From positions 3,037 through 67,036 of the forward strand of contig CAYJPU010000002.1 of assembly GCA_964372105.1 (NCBI GenBank): DNA of 64,000 nt. Direction: 5' to 3'. Position 1 is the first letter of the stretch, and every line of letters begins with the position of its first letter. The stretch is from an uncultured Undibacter sp. Its GTDB lineage: Bacteria > Pseudomonadota > Alphaproteobacteria > Rhizobiales > Xanthobacteraceae. Below, piece after piece: positions 59,224 to 64,000 of the stretch. The notes below the pieces were generated by a model. That model saw nothing but the letters and a program-made list of their open reading frames with translations, had not been told where the DNA came from and did no database searches. A program made the position numbers and the translations under genes.

Positions 59224-60156
59224 ATGAGCGCAACGGCTGCAACGAACTCCGCTCATTCCCGCGAAAGCGGGAATCCAGGGGCCAAGGACTGGGTCCCCGC
59301 TTCCGCGGGGACGAGCGAACAAGAGCAGCCGTTCGCGGCGGACCTTTCGGAAATCCGCCGTCTCGCCAATCTGTTGCCGGGGGCAAAGCCGGTCGCCGTC
59401 AACGGCATCCGCGTCGCGGCCTCCATCCGTCCCAACCGCTTCGTCATCGAGGGCGGCGACGACCGGCCAATCACCATGCCGCGCACCGCGTTCCAGGTGG
59501 TCTATGCCGACGGCACGGTGATGATCGACTCAGGGCTCGACCGCGAGACGCACGATTCGTTCTCGACGCCCGACAAGCGCGAGCCCTATTTCCCGGAACA
59601 GTTCGCCAAGGTGCAACAGGCGCTCGATCAGGCGCACATGATCGTCTTGACGCACTTCCATGCCGACCACGCCTCCGGCGTGACCTGCGCGGCCAACTAC
59701 GACGCGCTCGCCGCCAAAACCTTCGTCAGCGTCGCGACCGCGCAATGCCTCTTGAACACGCCGCACAAGCCGCACCTCGCGATGACGGCCGAGCAGATCG
59801 ACCGGCTCAATATCTTCGACTACGGGCAATACCATCCGATCGCACCCGGCATGGTGCTGATCAAGGCGCCCGGCCACAGCGCCGACCACCAGATGGTCTA
59901 CGTCGCGCTCGCGTGCGGCCGCGAAATCCTGCACAGCGTCGATGTCGGCTGGGTCAAGGAGAACATCCGCCAGGTCAAAGGCAAGGCGGCGCCCTGGGTG
60001 AAGGAAGACGTGCCGGCGGTGATCGGCCAGCTGCGCTGGCTCAACAATGTGCTGCGCAACGAGCCGAACGTCACGCTGCTGGTGACGCACGACGACGCGC
60101 TGTTCGACGACGCCGTCGCAAGCGGTGCGCTCGGAGGAGACCTGACGCTCAAGTAA
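59224..60156 (+). CDS. Metallo-beta-lactamase fold hydrolase with in-frame palindromic insertion near the N-terminus
   Basis: IDSG, THFHADHASG, PGHS, D and THD motifs. Confidence 0.88.
   Translation: MSATAATNSAHSRESGNPGAKDWVPASAGTSEQEQPFAADLSEIRRLANLLPGAKPVAVNGIRVAASIRPNRFVIEGGDDRPITMPRTAFQVVYADGTVMIDSGLDRETHDSFSTPDKREPYFPEQFAKVQQALDQAHMIVLTHFHADHASGVTCAANYDALAAKTFVSVATAQCLLNTPHKPHLAMTAEQIDRLNIFDYGQYHPIAPGMVLIKAPGHSADHQMVYVALACGREILHSVDVGWVKENIRQVKGKAAPWVKEDVPAVIGQLRWLNNVLRNEPNVTLLVTHDDALFDDAVASGALGGDLTLK
59249..59317. repeat. Palindromic repeat inside a CDS (CTCATTCCCGCG..AGCGGGAATCCA...TGGGTCCCCGCTT.CGCGGGGACGAGCG)
   Basis: Arms nearly identical to the intergenic copy at 61188-61276. Confidence 0.9.
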
Positions 60157-60194
60157 GACTTCGTAAAATCAAAATTATAACGAGGGAGGATGCC

Positions 60195-61178
60195 ATGAAG
60201 AAAATTCGTCTTGCGGCGCTGTTGGCCGTCGCGGCTGTGGCGGTTGCCGGCGTGCCGGCGGCGGCCCAGAACTATCCGGCGCGGCCGATCACCATGGTCG
60301 TGCCTTATCCGGCCGGCGGGCCGAGCGACGTGGTCGCGCGCATCGTCGCCGAGGGCATGGGCCGGGCGCTCGGCCAGAGCATCGTCATCGAGAACGTCGG
60401 CGGCGCCGGCGGCACCATCGGCACCGGCCGCGTCGCCGAAGCCCAACCGGACGGCTACACGCTGCTCGGGGCCAGCATGGGCTCGCACGTGTCCGCGCCC
60501 GCGCTCTATCCCAATTTGAAATACGATTCGACCAAGGACTTCACGCCGATCGGGCTCACCTTGCACGCGCCGGCCGCGATCGTCGCGAAGCAGGATTTCC
60601 CGGCGAAGGATCTCAAGGAGTTCATCGCCTACCTGAAGAAGAACGGCGAGAGCGTGAAGCAGGCCCATGGCGGCGTCGGCTCGTCCTCGCACATGGCCTG
60701 CATGCTGTTCACCTCGCAGCTCGGCCTCAAGCCGAGCATGGTGGCCTATCGCGGCACAGGACCTGCGCTCAACGACGTGATCGGCGGCCACGTCGATTTC
60801 TTCTGCGAGCAGGTCGTCAGCGTGAAGGGCGCGATCCAGGGCGGCAAGATCAAGGCGTTTGTCGTCTCCGGCGACAGCCGCTCGCCGGCTCTGCCGAATG
60901 TGCCGTCGGCCAAAGAGTCCGGCGTGCCGGACTACCAGATCAGCGTCTGGAGTGCGGTGTTCGCGCCGAAGGGCACGCCGAAGCCGATCGCCGACAAGCT
61001 CGCCGATGCGCTCAACAAGGCGCTCGACGATCCGGCGACCGTCAAGCGTCTGCAGGATTTGGGCGGCACGGTGCCGCCGAAAGCCGACCGCGGCCCGGCG
61101 CCGCTCGCCAGCCTGCTGAAGAAAGATATCGGCCGTTGGGACCCGATCCTGAAGACCGCGAACGCCAAGCAGAACTGA
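60195..61178 (+). CDS. Tripartite tricarboxylate transporter substrate-binding protein (TctC/Bug)
   Basis: Signal peptide; YPARPITMVVPYPAGGPSD, ENVGGAGG.IG, PDGYTL, YRGTGPA. Confidence 0.93.
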   Translation: MKKIRLAALLAVAAVAVAGVPAAAQNYPARPITMVVPYPAGGPSDVVARIVAEGMGRALGQSIVIENVGGAGGTIGTGRVAEAQPDGYTLLGASMGSHVSAPALYPNLKYDSTKDFTPIGLTLHAPAAIVAKQDFPAKDLKEFIAYLKKNGESVKQAHGGVGSSSHMACMLFTSQLGLKPSMVAYRGTGPALNDVIGGHVDFFCEQVVSVKGAIQGGKIKAFVVSGDSRSPALPNVPSAKESGVPDYQISVWSAVFAPKGTPKPIADKLADALNKALDDPATVKRLQDLGGTVPPKADRGPAPLASLLKKDIGRWDPILKTANAKQN

Positions 61179-61187
61179 TCGCTCTCT

Positions 61188-61276
61188 CCGCTCATTCCCG
61201 CGCAAGCGGGAATCCAGGGGCAAAAGGAGAAGCCCTTGTTGTGTCCCTGGGTCCCCGCTTTCGCGGGGACGAGCGG
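61188..61276. repeat. Intergenic palindromic repeat
   Basis: ccgctcattcccgcgcaagcgggaatccagggg...ctgggtccccgctttcgcggggacgagcgg. Confidence 0.9.
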
Positions 61277-61299
61277 GAATGGCCTGAAAGGAATAGTCG

Positions 61300-63192
61300 A
61301 TGCTGACGCGCAGCCCCGAGAGCGAGAGTGAACGCCAGATGCGCCTGCGCGCGCGGGCCTTGCGCGCGGCCGGCGGATTGGAGCAGGCGCTCGCCAACGG
61401 CAGCTTGCCGAAGCTGATCGACGCCACGCTGTCGGAGGCGCTGGTGCTCGGCCTGCTCAAGCAGGGCGTGCGCAAATATTTCGCCATTTTCGGCCACGGC
61501 TCGACCGATCTCGGCAACGTGCTGCGTATCTACGAGGAGGAGGGCGTCACCCGCACGATCAATTGCCGCAACGAGGTCGAGATGGCGCACGCCGCGACCG
61601 CGCTGCGCTGGCAATACGGCGAGGTTTCGGCGGTAGTGACCTCGATCGGCCCCGGTGCCTTGCAGGCTTTCGCCGGCTCGCTGGCGGCGGCCTCGAACGG
61701 CGTCGGCGTCTATCACATCTACGGCGACGAGACGACCTTCGGCGAAGGCTACAACATGCAGCAGGTGCCGAAGGAGGAGCAAAGCCTGTTCGGCCGGCTC
61801 ACCGCGGTGCTCGGCCAGTCTTATGTGCTGCACACGCCGGAGGCCTTGCGCGACGCGCTGCGGCGCGGCGCCAATTGCGTCCATCATCCCTACCGCGCCG
61901 GGCCGTTCTTCCTGCTGCTGCCGCTCAACACCCAGCCGGCGCGCGTCACGCTCAATCTGGCGGCGCTGCCGGCGCGGTCCGATGTGCCGAAGTTGGCGCC
62001 GGCCGACGATGCCGCGCTCGACCGGGCCGCGGCGATGATTGCCAAGGCGGGCAAGGTCGCCATCAAGGCCGGCGGCGGCACGCGCGGTCACGACGCGGTG
62101 GTGCGGCGCTTGGCCGAGGCGGCCGGTGCTGCCGTTGTGCTGTCGCCGGGCTCGACCGGCGTGCTGCCGGACGCGCATCCGCAGAACATGCATGTCGGCG
62201 GCTCGAAGGGCTCGATCAGTGGCAACTACGCGATGAGCGAGGCCGAGCTGGTGATCGTCATCGGCTCGCGCGCCGTGTGCCAGGCCGACTGCTCGGGCAT
62301 CGGCTACAAAAAGGCGCAGGCCGTCGTCAACATCAACGGCGATATCGGCGACGCGCTGCACTACAACAACACGGTGGCGCTGGTCGGCGACATCGGCGCG
62401 GTCGCGGCGCGCCTTGTGGCCAAGCTCGCCGGCAAGACGCCCGGCGCCGACAAGCGCGCCTGGCTGGAGGCCTGCGCCGCCAAGAAACAGGAATGGGCCG
62501 CTTACAAGCGCCAGCGTTTCGCATGCGCGCCGCTGCACGATGTGGTCTGGCAGAAGCCGGTGCTGGTGCAGCCGGCGGCGATCAAGGTGGTCGCTGATTT
62601 CGCCAAGGACATCGGCGCCGCCAAGTTCTTCGACGCCGGCGACGTGCAGGCCAACGGCTTCCAGATCGTCGAGGACGACCGCACAGGCGACACTTTCACC
62701 GAGACCGGCGCGTCCTACATGGGCTTTGCCGTCAGCGCGCTGCTGGCCTCGGCGGCGGCCGACAGACCGCGCTACGGCATCGCGTTTACCGGCGACGGCT
62801 CCTTCATGATGAACCCGCAGGTGCTGATCGACGCGGTCGAGCACGGCGTGCGCGGCATGATCGTTATTTTCGACAACCGCCGCATGGCCGCGATCACCGG
62901 CCTTCAGCTGGCGCAGTACAACGCCGAGTTCCGCACCAACGACCGCGTCGCGGTCGATTACGTGCAACTCGCCAATGCGGTGTCGGGCGTGCTGGCGGTG
63001 TGCGGCAGCACCAGCACCGACAGCCTGCGCACGGCGCTGAAGGCGGCGCACGGCCATGACGGCCTCTCGGTGGTGCATGTGCCGGTCTACAGCGGGCCGC
63101 ACGAGCTCGGCGGCCTGGGCGCCTGGGGTCAGTGGAACGTCGGCAACTGGTGCGCCGACGTGCAGGACGCCTGGATCAGGCAGGACCTCTAA
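61300..63192 (+). CDS. ThDP-dependent enzyme, IolD-like
   Basis: FAIFGHG, RNEVEMAHAA, TSIGPGA, SYMGF, GDGSFMM...N ThDP motif; resembles the IolD-type ring-cleaving hydrolase pattern. Confidence 0.85.
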   Translation: MLTRSPESESERQMRLRARALRAAGGLEQALANGSLPKLIDATLSEALVLGLLKQGVRKYFAIFGHGSTDLGNVLRIYEEEGVTRTINCRNEVEMAHAATALRWQYGEVSAVVTSIGPGALQAFAGSLAAASNGVGVYHIYGDETTFGEGYNMQQVPKEEQSLFGRLTAVLGQSYVLHTPEALRDALRRGANCVHHPYRAGPFFLLLPLNTQPARVTLNLAALPARSDVPKLAPADDAALDRAAAMIAKAGKVAIKAGGGTRGHDAVVRRLAEAAGAAVVLSPGSTGVLPDAHPQNMHVGGSKGSISGNYAMSEAELVIVIGSRAVCQADCSGIGYKKAQAVVNINGDIGDALHYNNTVALVGDIGAVAARLVAKLAGKTPGADKRAWLEACAAKKQEWAAYKRQRFACAPLHDVVWQKPVLVQPAAIKVVADFAKDIGAAKFFDAGDVQANGFQIVEDDRTGDTFTETGASYMGFAVSALLASAAADRPRYGIAFTGDGSFMMNPQVLIDAVEHGVRGMIVIFDNRRMAAITGLQLAQYNAEFRTNDRVAVDYVQLANAVSGVLAVCGSTSTDSLRTALKAAHGHDGLSVVHVPVYSGPHELGGLGAWGQWNVGNWCADVQDAWIRQDL

Positions 63193-63194
63193 TA

Positions 63195-63302
63195 CGTCAT
63201 TCCGGGGCGCGGGCGTTAGCCCGCGAACCCGGAATCCAGACGCAATTTCTGAATCTGTTTCTGGATTCCGGGTCCGGCGCTGCGCGCCGTCCCGGAATGA
63301 CG
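63195..63302. repeat. REP-like palindromic repeat
   Basis: cgtcattccgggg...cccggaatcca...tggattccggg...cccggaatgacg. Confidence 0.9.
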
Positions 63303-63331
63303 GTGTTAAATTGATCGTCACGGCCTCGCCA

Positions 63332-63673
63332 TCAGCCGTTCCTTTTGCCTTTGAGAACTTCGGCGGTTAGTTCAATTTCTTTCTTCAGCATGTCTGCTGA
63401 CGAACCTTTAATTTGAACTTGCGACGCCAAGCGCAAAATTAAATCCGTATATTCTGGAAATTTTCGCAATTCAAACGCCGCCGCCATTTTTGAGGCAATG
63501 CTTCCTCCTTCTTGGCCTAAATTATCCATCACCTCGAAAATCTTTTGATATTGTTGATGCTGTATCTCGGTTCTTTTTACGCGGACGTACATCACCGCAG
63601 ACCAAGCCAATGCAGCCAATGGCACCGCAACGCCAAACACGGCTGCTAACTGGGATATTTGTTCTAATGTCAT
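63332..63673 (-). CDS. Hypothetical protein with N-terminal TM, low GC
   Basis: 113-aa ORF, visibly AT-richer than the flanks; AAGGG RBS-like sequence upstream. Confidence 0.75.
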   Translation of the reverse strand: MTLEQISQLAAVFGVAVPLAALAWSAVMYVRVKRTEIQHQQYQKIFEVMDNLGQEGGSIASKMAAAFELRKFPEYTDLILRLASQVQIKGSSADMLKKEIELTAEVLKGKRNG

Positions 63674-63791
63674 GGCGCAAATCCCCTTTGCCCTACGCTG
63701 TGTTCCGGAAGGCGTCGGGATACTAGCCTCGGACGTACGGCGGCAGAAGGTGCTTGACGAAGGCCGCCTGGACCAAGCAGGACCTCTAATC

Positions 63792-63899
63792 CGTCATTCC
63801 GGGGCGCGCACGAAGTGCGCGAACCCGGAATCCATAATCCTCAACGTTGCGGCGTATGGATTCCGGGTCCGCTCGCTCTGCTCGCGTCCCGGAATGACG
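63792..63899. repeat. REP-like palindromic repeat
   Basis: cgtcattccgggg...cccggaatcca...tggattccggg...cccggaatgacg. Confidence 0.9.
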
Positions 63900-63944
63900 A
63901 CGCTTAATCGGTCGTCACAGCTTGGCCGCTTCTGTGAGAGACTC

Positions 63945-64000
63945 CTGTCCCGGGCGCAGCGCAGCGTGAGCGAAGTGAACGGTGCGCTGCAGACCCGGGA
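63945..64000. repeat. Start of another palindromic repeat family (truncated by the window edge)
   Basis: tcccggg-cgcagcgca...tgcgctgcag-acccggga hairpin. Confidence 0.6.

Overview
High-GC window that looks alphaproteobacterial (probably Hyphomicrobiales, inferred from gene content and palindromic repeat style). It has three blocks. (1) 1-5.5 kb is a lasso-peptide-type RiPP locus: nucleotidyltransferase (partial, minus strand), HPr-kinase-like kinase, PqqD/RRE (B1), a 37-aa remnant of the B2 leader peptidase, a lasso cyclase (C), a 50-aa precursor on the minus strand (4099-4251; not in the ORF track) and an ICMT-like membrane methyltransferase. (2) 6-53 kb is a very large surface-polysaccharide locus: a heparinase II/III-like secreted protein, a truncated CpsB phosphatase, Wza, Wzc with a (YG)9 tail, J-domain and TPR proteins, an O-antigen ligase-like protein, a priming transferase, Wzm/Wzt, a Wzy-like protein, about 13 glycosyltransferases, 7 SAM methyltransferases, sulfotransferase, deacetylase, carbamoyltransferase and nucleotide-sugar enzymes. 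(3) 53-64 kb is an IclR-associated catabolic operon of unknown substrate (Zn-ADH, xanthine-dehydrogenase-family Mo enzyme, MBL hydrolase, TctC, IolD-like ThDP enzyme). It is dense with palindromic repeats, one of them translated in frame, and ends in a low-GC gene flanked by a duplicated gene-end+REP unit. All calls come from reading motifs by eye; no database searches were run.
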